Source of the DNA: Felis catus | Lineage: Eukaryota | DNA: 64,000 bases | Assembly (NCBI RefSeq): GCF_018350175.1 | Contig: NC_058368.1 | Span: forward strand, 57,786,001 to 57,850,000 | Direction of reading: 5' to 3' | In this document: positions 1 to 13,181 of the stretch, piece after piece | How the letters are laid out: every line of letters starts with the position of its first letter | How positions within the stretch are numbered: position 1 is the stretch's first letter | Made by a program: the position numbers and the translations under genes | The notes under the pieces: model-generated | The model's input: the letters and a program-made list of their open reading frames with translations, nothing else | The model's database searches: none | What the model was told of the DNA's origin: nothing

Positions 1-2
1 AA

Positions 3-3000
3 AAGAAAGCTGGAGTAGCCATACTTATATCAGACAAACTAGACTTTAAATTAAAGGCTGTAACAAGAGATGAAGAAGGACATTATATAATAGTTACAGG
101 GTCTATCCATCAGGAAGAGCTAACAATTATAAATGTCTATGCGCCGAATACCGGAGCCCCCAAATATATAAAACAATTACTCATAAACATAAGCAACCTT
201 ATTGATAAGAATGTGGTAATTGCAGGGGACTTGAACACCCCACTTACAGAAATGGATAGATCATCTAGACACACGGTCAATAAAGAAACAAGGGCCCTGG
301 TGAGACATTGGATCAGATGGACTTGACAGATATATTTAGAACTCTGCATCCCAAAGCAACAGAATATACTTTCTTCTCGAGTGCACATGGAACATTCTCC
401 AAGATAGATCATATACTGGGTCACAACACAGCCCTTCATAAGTTTACCAGAATTGAAATCATACCATGCATACTTTCAGACCACAATGCTATGAAGCTTG
501 AAATCAACCACAGGAAAAAGTCTGGAAAACCTCCAAAGGCATGGAGGTTAAAGAACACCCTACTAACGAATGAGTGGGTCAACCAGGCAATTAGAGAAGA
601 AATTAAACAATATATGGAAACAAACGAAAATGAAAATACAACAATCCAAACGCTTTGGGACGCAGCGAAGGCAGTCCTGAGAGGAAAATACATTGCAATC
701 AAGGCCTATCTCAAGAAACAAGAAAAATCCCAAATACAAAATCTAACAGCACACCTAAAGGAACTAGAAGCAGAACAGCAAAGGCAGCCTAAACCCAGCA
801 GAAGAAGAGAAATAATAAAGATCAGAGCAGAAATAAACAATATAGAATCTAAAAAAACTGTAGAGCAGATCAATGAAACCAAGAGTTGGTTTTTTGAAAA
901 AATTAACAAAATTGACAAACCTCTAGCCAGGCTTCTCAAAAAGAAAAGGGAGATGACCCAAATAGATAAAATCATGAATGAAAATGGAATTATTACAACC
1001 AATCCCTCAGAGATACAAACAATTATCAGGGAATACTATGAAAAATTATATGCCAACAAATTGGACAACCTGGAAGAAATGGACAAATTCCTGAACACCC
1101 ACACTCTTCCAAAACTCAATCAGGAGGAAATAGAAAGCTTGAACAGACCCATAACCAGCAAAGAAATTGAATCGGTTATCAAAAATCTCCCAACAAATAA
1201 GAGTCCAGGACCAGATGGCTTCCCAGGGGAGTTCTACCAGACGTTTAAAGCAGAGATAATACCTATCCTTCTCAAGCTATTCCAAGAAATAGAAAGGGAA
1301 GGAAAACTTCCCGACTCATTCTATGAAGCCAGTATTACTTTGATTCCTAAACCAGACAGAGACCCAGTCAAAAAAGAGAACTACAGGCCAATATCCCTGA
1401 TGAATATGGATGCAAAAATTCTCAATAAGATACTAGCAAATCAAATTCAATGGCATATAAAAAGAATTATTCACCATGATCAAGTGGGATTCATTCCTGG
1501 GATGCAGGGCTGGTTCAACATTCGCAAATCAATCAATGTGATACATCACATTAACAAAAAAAAAGAGAAGAACCATATGATCCTGTCAATCGATGCAGAA
1601 AAGGCCTTTGACAAAATCCAGCACCCTTTCTTAATAAAAACCCTTGAGAAAGTCGGGATAGAAGGAACATACTTAAAGATCATAAAAGCCATTTATGAAA
1701 AGCCCACAGCTAACATCATCCTCAACGGGGAAAAACTGAGAGCTTTCTCCCTGAGATCAGGAACACGACAGGGATGCCCACTCTCACCGCTGCTGTTTAA
1801 CATAATGCTGGAAGTTCTAGCATCAGCAATCAGACAACAAAAGGAAATCAAAGGCATCAAAATTGGCAAAGATGAAGTCAAGCTTTCGCTTTTTGCAGAT
1901 GACATGATATTATACATGGAAAATCCGATAGACTCCACCAAAAGTCTGCTAGAACAGATACATTAATTCAGCAACATTGCAGGATACAAAATCAATGTAC
2001 AGAAATCAGTTGCATTCTTATACACTAACAATGAAGCAACAGAAAGACAAATAAAGAAACTGATCCCATTCACAATTGCACCAAGAAGCATAAAATACCT
2101 AGGAATAAACCTAACCAAAGATGTAAAGGATCTGTATGCTGAAAACTACAGAAAGCTTATGAAGGAAATTGAAGAAGATTTAAAGAAATGGAAAGACATT
2201 CCCTGCTCATGGATTGGAAGAATAAATATTGTAAAAATGTCAATACTACCCAAAGCTATCTACACATTCAATGCAATCCCAATCAAAATTGCACCAGCAT
2301 TCTTCTCGAAACTAGAACAAGCAATCCTAAAATTCATATGGAACCACAAAAGGCCCCGAATAGCCAAAGGAATTTTGAAGAAGAAGACCAAAGCAGGAGG
2401 CATCACAATCCCAGACTTTAGCCTCTACTACAAAGCTGTCATCATCAAGACAGCATGGTATTGGCACAAAAACAGACACATAGACCAATGGAATAGAATA
2501 GAAACCCCAGAACTAGACCCACAAACGTATGGCCAACTCATCTTTGACAAAGCAGGAAAGAACATCCAATGGAAAAAAGACAGCCTCTTTAACAAATGGT
2601 GCTGGGAGAACTGGACAGCAACATGCAGAAGGTTGAAACTAGACCACTTTCTCACACCATTCACAAAAATAAACTCAAAATGGATAAAGGACCTGAATGT
2701 GAGACAGGAAACCATCAAAACCTTAGAGGAGAAAGCAGGAAAAGACCTCTCTGACCTCAGCCGTAGCAATCTCTTACTCGACACATCCCCAAAGGCAAGG
2801 GAATTAAAAGCAAAAGTGAATTACTGGGACCTTATGAAGATAAAAAGCTTCTGGGGCGCCTGGGTCGCGCAGTCGGTTAAGCGTCTGACTTCAGCCAGGT
2901 CGCGATCTCGCGGTCCGTGAGTTCGAGCCCCACGTCAGGCTCTGGGCTGATGGCTCAGAGCCTGGAGCCTGTTTCCGATTCTGTGTCTCCCTCTCTCTCT

Positions 3001-3830
3001 GCCCCTCCCCCGTTCATGCTCTGTCTCTGTCCCAAAAATAAATAAACGTTGAAAAAAAAAAAAAGCTTCTGCACAGCAAAGGAAACAACCAACAAAACTG
3101 AAAGGCAACCAACGGAATGGGAAAAGATATTTGCAAATGACATATCGGACAAAGGGCTAGTATCCAAAATCTATAAAGAGCTCACCAAACTCCACACCCG
3201 AAAAACAAATAACCCAGTGAAGAAATGGGCAGAAAACATGAATAGACACTTCTCTAAAGAAGACATCCGGATGGCCAACAGGCACATGAAAAGATGTTCA
3301 GCGTCGCTCCTTATCAGGGAAATATAAATCAAAACCACACTCAGGTATCACCTCACGCCAGTCAGAGTGGCCAAAATGAACAAATCAGGAGACTCTAGAT
3401 GCTGGAGAGGATGTGGAGAGACGGGAACCCTCTTGCACTGTTGGTGGGAATGCAAATTGGTGCAGCCGCTCTGGAAAGCAGTGTGGAAGTTCCTCAGAAA
3501 ATTAAAAATAGACCTACCCTATGACCCAACAATAGCACTGCTAGGAATTTACCCAAGGGATACAGGAGTACTGATGCATAGGGCCACTTGTACCCCAATG
3601 TTTATAGCAGCACTCTCAACAATAGCCAAATTATGGAAAGAGCCTAAATGTCCATCAACTGATGAATGGATAAAGAAATTGTGGTTTATATACACAATGG
3701 AATACTACGTGGCAATGAGAAAAAATGAAATATGGCCTTTTGTAGCAACGTGGATGGAACTGGAGAGTGTGATGCTAAGTGAATAAGCCATACAGAGAAA
3801 GACAGATACCATATGGTTTCACTCTTATGT
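3..3830 (+). pseudogene. Disrupted L1 ORF2p (endonuclease / reverse transcriptase / Cys-rich domain)
   Basis: Frame 3 reads KKAGVAILISDKLDF (endonuclease), then shifts to frame 2 near 300. SDH, QGCPLSP and LFADDMI motifs present. TAA at 1964-1966 and 3325-3327, SINE insertion at 2853, [18 protein letters not shown] knuckle near 3400-3455. Confidence 0.95.
2853..3059 (+). mobile_element. Young CanSINE (SINEC_Fc-type) inserted in L1 ORF2
   Basis: GGGGCGCCTGGG tRNA-like head, GTTCGAGCC B-box, CT tract, AATAAA and A tail; TSD AAAAAGCTTCT at 2842-2852 and 3060-3070. Confidence 0.97.
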
Positions 3831-4375
3831 GGATCCTGAGAAACTTAACAGGAACCCATGGGGGAGGGGAAGGAAAAAAAAAAAGAGGTTAGTGTGGGAG
3901 ACAGCCAAAGCATAAGAGACTGTTAAAAACTGAAAACAAACTGAGGGTTGATGGGGGGTGGGAGGGAGGAGAGGGTGGGTGATGGGTGTTGAGGAGGGCA
4001 CCTTTTGGGATGAGCACTGGGTGTTGTAAGGAAACCAATTTGACAATAAATTTCATATATAAAAAAAATCTAGGGCATAAATAATACACTAGAAAACAGA
4101 GGATTTTAATTTGGATGATTCCATATTATAGTTCAAGATGTACTACTTAGTTGGAATGTAATCTTCATGGGCTTTATATAAACATCTCTGAGAGTCTCCT
4201 TATCTGTGAAATGATGGCAGCTGCTGAAAGAATGAAAGCAAAACATATTTTTGGTCACTTGGCATACAGTACAAACTAAATTAATATTATTTTCATTCCT
4301 CCATGTCATATGTTCATAGAAATTACATTAATAAACATCTCAGTTAAATTGTATTATATAAAAGATATAAAGTTT

Positions 4376-4590
4376 GGGCACCTGGGTGACTCAATCGGGT
4401 GCGCATCCAACTTTGGCTCATGTCATGATTTCACCATTTGTGACTTTGAGCCCTGCATTGGGCTCTGTGCTGACAGCTCAGAGCCTGTACCCTGTAGCCT
4501 GCTTCAGATTCTGTGTCTCCCTCTCTCTCTGCCCCTCCCCTGTTTGTGCTCTCTCTCTGTCTTTCTCTCAAAAATAAACATTAAAAAAAA
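4376..4590 (+). mobile_element. CanSINE
   Basis: Head, CT tract and tail present; TSD-like AAAAGATATAAA on both sides. Confidence 0.92.
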
Positions 4591-5893
4591 GATATAAAAT
4601 AATAGACCTTATATCTCCATTATACCACTATCACAAAAGAAGATGTATTGCTAATGAGCTTTTTTCTTTCTTTTTTTCTTTTTTTTTTGAAACAATCATG
4701 CACCCATCATAAAATAAAAACAACAGATCATCAAAACAACAGTTTTATTTTAAAGTGACCAATAATACTACTGAAAGGCTTTAAAGAATAATCTCACCTA
4801 TTAATAACAGAGTGAGAGAATAGTAATAAGGAATCTCATCAAATCTTCATGTCCAGGTTAATTTTATGTCATGGGCTTTATTAAATCTCCTTAATAGAAG
4901 TAACTACTTAGATATGTTTTTGTACTTAACAACATATACACTTGCAGAATATTCAGGGCAATCAGTGTATATGCAAATTCAACTACTAATGTATTCATTT
5001 CAATCAGTAAAGTATGCAGAAACCTCACAGTTGAAGTATTCAGCTTAGGTAGTAAACAGTATGCAGCTGGTTCTATAAAAATAAAATATGACTATGACAG
5101 AAAGGGAATTTATAAAATGTTTAAATCCCAAAACTACTGTCCAAATTTTCAACTATATTATTTGATTAATATGTTAATTAGTAGCAAATCAGAACAATTA
5201 ACAGTTTGGTTTTACTGTCAGTTTCAGTGACATTCCCTTGATCAAATGAAGCAATGTATGTTTGTAAAATCGTAAACCAAAAGCAGAAAAAAAATGAAAA
5301 GAAAACACGTCAAAATGTTGAATGTTACGATACGTTTCTGTTCTACATGTATAATCTTTTTGGGCTCAAACCTCATGGCATATGCTTGTGAATAACTATC
5401 ATAAAACTACTGGCTTTTCATAGTTCCTCTTCTCTGGGTGAAGACATGCAAATTTTGGTTGCTACTATCGGGTATGTAAAATAAATGTTTAATATTTTCA
5501 GACATCTCAAGATTTGAATCTAGATCATTTATTTAACCCAAGCTGATAAAAATTGTAACTCTAGAGATTTAGTTAGTAATGTTTTAGTTTTAAAACCTTA
5601 ATTGACAATATGTTGTCATAGGGGAAACATCCTTTAACCTGTTGTATTTAGGTAAGAAATCTATTTACTACTTTTCCTTAAGTAGCTCCTTTGATTAAAA
5701 ATAATTCATTGTTCTTTTACCTTTTTTTCTTTTTGATTTGTAAATACAGATTTATCAGTTTGACTTTTAAAACTACCTTTTTATATTACTTCATGGATTA
5801 TCTGCATATCAATCCATTTTACTTTTTCTCATATTTTTTTCTTATATTAACCATTTAAACAACTATAGAACATTATCCCTTGAAAAACTTGCC

Positions 5894-6510
5894 TGTGATG
5901 GCTTAATATTATGAACTATCACACTTCCATGCCAATCTCCTAGTGGGAGGAAAGTAGAAGGGTAAAAACTGTATTTCATACTGTTTTTTTTGTTGTTGTT
6001 GTTGTTGTTGTTGTTTTGTTTTGTTTTGTTTTGCAATCAGGGCTGTGGCTGTTTAGTCTAGGAAGATGAGCTAGTTAAGTTTTGCCAATCAGATGCACTC
6101 CCATGAAACTGGGATTCATTATTAGTTATGCACTAACTGAGAGGCACAGGGAGCGGAAAATCCATTTTACTGTTACAGATTATGGCAGAGGTGATGTTTA
6201 GAAGCCAGAGACAACGGTAGCAGCTTGGTTTTTGAAGAGGCACAAGGTCTGGAAGCAGTATTCACGGTGCCAAATGTAATATTCTGCCTGATCTTTCTGC
6301 AAAGGCAACAACTTCTATGACCAAGTGCTATGGAGGTTTGAGATTTGTTCTTGAGGCACCAGATGATCATCTGTTGAAACAGTCCTCCACATCACCCTGG
6401 GAGAATGCTTCAACTTTGCATTCTCCTTTACTTGAACTGGTGAGAGAAAATTAAGCTCTCTTAAATTGATAATACTGATAAAGAAAGTAATTAGATACAA
6501 GTATTGTGGC
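5894..6510 (+). mobile_element. Old ERVL-class LTR fragment (LTR33-like) containing a (TTG)n/(TTTTG)n microsatellite
   Basis: TTTGCCAATCAGATGCACTC motif resembles recalled LTR33 consensus; microsatellite at ~5984-6032. Confidence 0.45.
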
Positions 6511-6527
6511 ACACTGATCTTCCATTT

Positions 6528-6670
6528 AAAAGTGGGGTCCTATAATAGCAGTACTGGTATCAGCTGGGATTTTGTTAGACATTACAGGTCTCGGGGCTCA
6601 CACCGGAACTTCTGATTCAGAACTTGAATTTTAACAGACTCCCCAGATAATCTGTATGTACATTACAGTT
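6528..6670. mobile_element. MER5A-like hAT-Charlie DNA transposon relic
   Basis: TCAGAACTTGAATTTTAACAGACTCCCCAGATAATCTGTATGTACATT resembles MER5A core. Confidence 0.75.
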
Positions 6671-8439
6671 GCAACCTAAAAGAAAAAAAAAGTGTATATA
6701 TTTCCAATGAATTAATGTAATAACAAAACAAAAAAGAATGTTTTGGCTTGGTGGAGGTAAGCAGGAGGTGGGTGGCAAGGGTTCAGATACTACGGTTAGA
6801 AAATGTCTGATGCACAGTACGGGGTGGCAAAATCATCAGATTGTTTCCTGCTGTAAGCTGGAAGGCAGACAGTGTGCTTAGGTAGTCAGGGAAATAGAAG
6901 GAAAAATTAATAATATTGGCATGCTTAGGGTGTTTCCCAAGGCTTTTAGAAAGATACCAAAGAAAGGGATATTTCAAAAAACCTAGATGTGTTTTCTCTT
7001 AAGTGAAGATGGAAAAGTACATGGCTACAGAAGTCCTGAGGACTGCAACCTAAGTTGCCCAAAAGTTACATGATTTGGAGCATTCTATGGCTTAAAAACC
7101 AATTGCAGCCATACTGCAAAGTGCTGAAGCAGTAATGAAAAGTGGCTGCAGAACTGCACGTTAAGTAGAAGTCAAGACTGGAGGCACGGTTTTATTTTGC
7201 TTCTGGGCTTCTGCTTGCTTTCTGTCAAATGTTTGTGGAAAGACAATGGGAACTAGCACTCCCAACTAAATCAGATAAAATGTGCCATGTTCCCTCCAAG
7301 GCTTTATGAGAGCTGTCATTCATTTGAAGAGAGGAGAAGGGAGCAGGGCACAGAAGACTGCATTTAAAAGACAGAAGTATTCAAGGTTCAGGTCTTTGGG
7401 TGTGGTAACTTCCCCATGGAATTGATTGAAGGTAATAAAGAGACACTCTTTTCCTTCGGAGATAGTGAGGTAACTATACTAACAAAAGAACTTGTATGTG
7501 GTTTGTACAACTCACAAAGTAGTCCCCATGCTGCCCAAAGCTCTATGTCCAGGAAACATATAGTTCCCAAAGACTACCTCAGATGTGACCACGGAAAACG
7601 GTGGTCAAGGAGTAGCTCCCAGGAAGACAAAGCCAGCAACAAAAGACAGGAGAATCAGTCCTCAGAGAGCTTAATCACAGACTGTAAGACAAGCTGAGCA
7701 CCTCATTCTGTTGCCACATTCCTGCTGGCAGGGTCTTATTACTGCTAAAAGCACTGACCACTGTGATTTTCCAATTCTTTGTTTCCAAACAAAAGTTTTG
7801 TTTTTTTTTTTTAAATTCTAATTATCATTTTCCCTTTCTGATTTACTGTATTGGGTATATGAGGATAGATACCTGAACTTTTAGTTTATCAGTTGATGTA
7901 GGGTGTACCATATCCCACACCCATACCTGATGGGGAAGATAACATTGACACTCATTTGTGCCACGTTTGTTCTCAGGGAGGTTTGAGGAAATTATTCCTT
8001 TGGTTCAATTAATATTGTAAGTCAGTTCTGTTTATCGGAAAAGGAATATATGTGGAAATGTGAAGAGCAAAGGTGTAGATTTTGCAGAGGCTGTTTGTTG
8101 TCAAACCTATTATAATATTTGCCTTTGTCCTTTGTGACAGAGCCTCAATTTATCAACAGGAAAGAGGGAGATGATTATGGCCCTATCCTTTCAGGGAGAC
8201 ATCCTTGAAGTACTACTTCTGATCTTTGCCCCTCATTAGCCAGAAGTTACTCACTTGGTCACATCTACCAGAAAAAAATTGCTTCTTCCTGCCCTGTTTT
8301 CTGCTTTTGCTTCTTGCTTAAGGAATTGTTTTCCTGGATTAAACTGGGTGCTCCTAGCCTCTTTATTAGTTTCCCCATTTATAAAAAAAAAGGGGGTCCT
8401 ATCAATACATTTTAATAATAAAATAGTTCATTTACACTC

Positions 8440-8543
8440 TTTTTTTATCTCCCTTTCTTCCCTAACACTTATATATACATATATATATATACACATATAC
8501 ACATATATATATAAGTGTTAGGGAAGAAAGGGAGATAAAAAAA
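8440..8543. repeat. Perfect 38-bp inverted repeat around a TA/CA spacer
   Basis: 8440-8477 is the exact reverse complement of 8506-8543. Confidence 0.95.
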
Positions 8544-8554
8544 GTGTAGAACTA

Positions 8555-8695
8555 TTTATATACATGTATAACTATATATATATATATATATATACATATA
8601 TAACTCCATACATAACTATATATATAACTATATGTAACTATATATATTTGTAACTATATATGCAACTACATATATTTGTAACTATATATATATAC
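8555..8695. repeat. (TA)n-rich low-complexity repeat with TAACTATATA units
   Basis: Read directly from sequence. Confidence 0.9.
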
Positions 8696-8893
8696 TGTCC
8701 TAGACTAACTCCACTCATCCATCAATTGTATTTCCGCTTTTCCAAATGAGTCTACAAGAAACACTCCCTCAAAATTACCACCAAGAGTTTCCCAAATCAG
8801 ATGGTTTTCATGGTATTTGATTTATCTTTAGACTTACTGTCATGATTGGCCACATGGTCCTTGGCACGTTCTTTCACCTTTGATGACGCTATA

Positions 8894-8896
<3 letters not shown>

Positions 8897-8942
<46 letters not shown>

Positions 8943-9123
8943 AGACAGAGAGAGACAGAGCATGAGCGGAGGAGGGGGGTAGACAGAGAGGGAGACACAG
9001 AATCGTAAGCAGGCTCCAGGCTCTGAGCTGTCAGCACAGAGCCCGACGCGGGGCTCGAACTCACGAGCTGTGAGATCATGATCTGAGCCAAAGTCGGACG
9101 CTGACTGAGCCACCCAGTGCCCC
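8897..9123 (-). mobile_element. CanSINE with 45-nt pure poly(A) tail
   Basis: T run at 8897-8941, reverse SINE body, diverged TSD ending ATACTCTT. Confidence 0.95.
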
Positions 9124-9512
9124 TGCGACACCATACTCTTGTCCCATTCCTCCACGTGAAGGTGGAGATACTACCCCAAAGTTATCAGCTCTCTTTTCTT
9201 CCCTTGCAGTGTATCCCTATAAGGACATGAATGTTTCAACAAATATTAGTTTATTATATGTGTCCAGAAATATGTTAGATATAGACTTACATTTATATGC
9301 ATGCTAATATTATTATTTATATTAATTTATATTATTTTAGGTTGAATAAGGGATCAAAGATATAATAAATAATCATAATATCGCAGTGATACTGTGGTTA
9401 CTGTGTAGTAAATGTAACAGAAGCATTTAAAATACTGACTACAGCCTATCTAGAGAAATGTGTGACTGAGTTTGCCTGAGAGATTCAAGATGACTTCAAG
9501 ATAATGAAACTA

Positions 9513-9622
9513 GGGACACCTGGCTAGCTCACTCACTGCAACGTGCCACTCTTGATCTCAAGGTTGTGAGTTTATGCCCCATGCTGGGTGTAGAGATTAC
9601 TTAAAATTAAAATGTTTTAAAG
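9513..9622 (+). mobile_element. Short tRNA-derived carnivore SINE lacking the CT tract
   Basis: GGGACACCTGGCTAGCTCA...GTGTAGAGATTACTTAAAA; TSD AGATA[A/G]TGAAACTA. Confidence 0.85.
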
Positions 9623-11784
9623 AAAGATAGTGAAACTAATTAAGGCAAAACAGAATTTATTAAATTTGTTGGTCAAGGGACTGCCTCTCTCAGTGCTGGA
9701 ACAGATCTTATATATGTTATAGAACACAGCCATTGAGAATTTTCATTGGCTCCAAGAGAAGCGGGAATAATTTTGATTGGCTTTTGAACCAGAGGGAGAT
9801 GCTTTCGCATTCTCATCAGTCAGTTTATTTGGGGCTTGCAGTTTATGATTTAACGTAAAACAGCAAAGTATTTCAAAGACTTACGTTTTTGAAAAAGAGA
9901 GTTTCTTGGAGTTGTTTTGTTGCTGTTTTATTCTTTCATATTCACTCAACTGAATTAATTTTAAAATTTTATAAGCAAGAATAGAAGCATCCTCCTCCCA
10001 GGCTTCAAAGACTTGAAAATTTCAAATATTACTTCAAACCTCTTAATTAAAATTTGCCATTTTTAGCTTTTCTTTTCTGCATATGAAGCATAAGAATTAT
10101 TATTATATGTTAAGTCAAAATGCCTCTACTCGGTGTGTAGCTGTTAAGTATCTGTATCCTTAATCCATCATAAACTTGCCCTTGATATTGCAAGATCAAG
10201 TTTTTAATATCATGGCATCCCCCCCCCCATACTTAGAGCTTAGCTCTTGCAAATCAGAAAAGCTTCTAGTTCCACATGATTACGTCTATAAGGGAATGAA
10301 GCCTTTATATTTTAAAACTCAAAATTAAAGTACAGTATTTTAGTTCTACCCTGTTACTTTCTCATTGAAATAATATTTGAGTAAATGGATGGTGAGCTAC
10401 AGTATTACTTGTATGAATTATCCTCCAAAAATGTCAATTAATATGTCAAAATATGATGTCCCACATGGAATTTCAGCTACCTATGTGTTATTTCATGTGT
10501 GTATTTCACGTGCAGACTCAAGTGACGTAAACATAGAATATGTCTTCTGGTACCTCATTTCCTTATCAACAGTCCATTATGGAGGGTCATGGAGTAAAAC
10601 CACAAGAAAACAAACACTTAGAAAACTTTGTCACTATTTGAAAAAGGTATGTTTGACATTCTCATTCTAATACTCATTCTAATACTTGGCAGAGATGCTA
10701 CATGTTAGAGACACTTAGTTTGTTTACAAAATGGGTGACAAAAACAGTAAAGTAAGATGTGTGGAGGGAGGAGATCACTTGCTTATCAGACACAGATGGC
10801 CTAAAGATAACTCTGGGCAAAGTATAGTGGTTTTAGAGTTTATCACAGGAACGGAATATAGAGGCTTAAAACTTGCAGCACTTCGTGAAGAAGCACTGTG
10901 GAAAGTTCTTAAACTTTTATGCCATGGTATTTCATTCACCTCCTTATCATTTCTTCTAGGCCAATATTTATTAACCTAGTTAGTTATCTTGGAATTCTCA
11001 GACAAAGGGTTTCATGTTTCTCATAATTATTTTCATTCACACTTTGATATATTTTACCTTAAAATCTACTATCAAGGGCATACAATATAAAACCTAACTC
11101 TTACTTTCTTTGGCAAAACATCAAATATGATGTCTTTTATACTTTCTGTTAAATTTAAGGAAATGGGTAGTTGTGCTGTTAAAAGTACTGGATGCAAATT
11201 GATTATCTGTGACCTCACTTTTTTTTTACTTGACATGAGCTTCCGGTTAAAATTACAACTCAAAATATTAAAACCTCCATTTATCATTCATTTCAACTCA
11301 TCATTCTTTTATTTGTCTGACACTGATTATGCTACTCAGTAGCACTGATAATGCTACTCAGCATTATCTACTATCTCTGAGATGACAGTGTGTCTCACTT
11401 ATAGGTGATCAGTAACTAACTGTTAGGCTGAAAGTCACTGCATCTTTACTTTTCTCACTGTTCATATTCAATGTATATTCAAAATATCAATTAAATTTCA
11501 ATATTTTTATAATTATTCTGCTTATTTATTACTATTCTCACTATGCCACTTAAGTTCTAATAATCCTTGCCTAGTCTACTATAATAGTTAACTAACAGAT
11601 CCCTCGATTTCATTTTCTCCACTCAGTGTTATGAAATTGTTTAATTTCAAAACAAAAGCACAATCTTTTCACTGTTTTGTTCTAATACTATTAATGGCTT
11701 CTAAACATGTTCAAAATTAAATCCAAACTTCCCAGCCTACAATGCAAGCTTTTCCAAAACTAACCCGAAGAACTTTTTAAACTT

Positions 11785-11982
11785 GGGTGCCTGGATGGCT
11801 CAGTCAATTAATCATCTGATTCTTGATTACAGCTCAGGTCATGATCTTGTGGTTCATGGGATTGAGCCCCATGCCAGGCTCTGTGCTGACAGTGTAGAAT
11901 CTGCTTAAGATTGTCCCTCTCTCTCTTCTCTCTCTCTCTGCTCCTTCCACCTCAAAAATATATAAATAAACATTAAAAAAAT
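11785..11982 (+). mobile_element. Older CanSINE (SINEC_b-like)
   Basis: GGGTGCCTGGATGGCTCAG head, CT tract, AATAAA tail; TSD-like TTTTAAACT. Confidence 0.9.
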
Positions 11983-13181
11983 AATTTTTTAAACTCATCT
12001 TCCACTTCACTGGACACCTATGCAGTCTTACTAGATCTTTTTTCCATTCCTTACCGACAATCTGTTTTCCCTGCCTAGTTCTGATTTTTCTTTCTTTATC
12101 CTTAGATCAGTATTATTCCCTTTGCATCTCCAACTGGCTAATCTGTTTTTTCAAGACAGTTTACATAGTAACACCTCCAACAAATCTACTTTTACTTCTA
12201 TCTGCCTTGTACCATATTACCTACATTTATTATTTTTACTACTGATAATCATTTTATTTAGCCACCAGGTATATCAGCTTTGTTTTGGCATATTTTGTTA
12301 CAGACATATCCAAATCTCAACTATATCATAAAATTCTTGAAGAATAATTCAAGACATTTATCTTGACATTCCCTCTGAGAACATAAAAATAATTTTGCAA
12401 TTATACATTTTCCAAAATGTATACATCTATTCCAAAGGAGTAGAAACAATACTGATAAATTTTCCCATAGAAAGAATAATGAAAAAGAGATTAACCTGGA
12501 ATGAAGATACCTTCTTTCATTCATTTAATAACATCTAATTAATTGTTTCCATAGCCAAAGATTATGTGAGTCAGTCAGAAAGAAATATTTTTTTTCAAGA
12601 ATGTATAATAAATAATGTGGGGACAGGTACTAAAATATAAATATTTTATAAAAATGTTAGAATATTTATAAAGTAAATAAAGAGTGAGTGGTTACTTCCC
12701 CCTGAAGCCAAGGATGAGGCAAGGAAAGTTTCACAGATGATAGAACCTGAGTTGAAATGTAAATAGATATGTACAAATAGAAAACATGGGGAAATCATAC
12801 TCTGGGTAGATTAAACAACATAAACAAGATCTTCAAGTCACGAAACTATATTATGGACCAAGGAGTTAGTGAAACTGGATCATGTAGGTTTGGGGGTCAA
12901 GACAAGTGATATGTCAGTACTACAAATGGTGGAATTTGACTGTCACAAAAAGCATTTTGACTATATACTCAAGGCAACAGAGATAAACACTTGATTTTAG
13001 AAAAGAAGTGGTACTTTCTAGAAAGATTATTTTAATATAAGTGCAATTAAAATAGAAATAAAATAAAGAAGACAAAAACTCTCTTCTAGCCCCAAAATAG
13101 CAGGTCAAAAAAGGAAGGAAGGAAGCCCCTCATGTTCTAGCAGGTAAAATATCATGACTTCATTCATAAAGTGGATTTGAG

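Larger units (their letters stand above)
1..4068 (+). mobile_element. Young felid LINE-1 (ORF2 + 3'UTR + poly(A)); 5' part lies outside the window
   Basis: ORF2 homology from base 1, G-rich 3'UTR tract at ~3946-3998, AATAAA at 4045-4050, A-tail to 4068. Confidence 0.97.

Noticed and set aside
308..1966. 552-aa ORF as a functional gene or novel reverse transcriptase system
   Set aside because: It is a fragment of ordinary L1 ORF2 bounded by a frameshift and a premature stop just after the FADD motif
2853..2930. tRNA genes at SINE heads
   Set aside because: The heads are tRNA-derived but continue into SINE body, CT tract and A tail with TSDs
6950..7900. Higher-GC block with ORF 7416-7697
   Set aside because: Probably an old LTR or internal relic, but I cannot assign it; the ORF has no recognisable similarity
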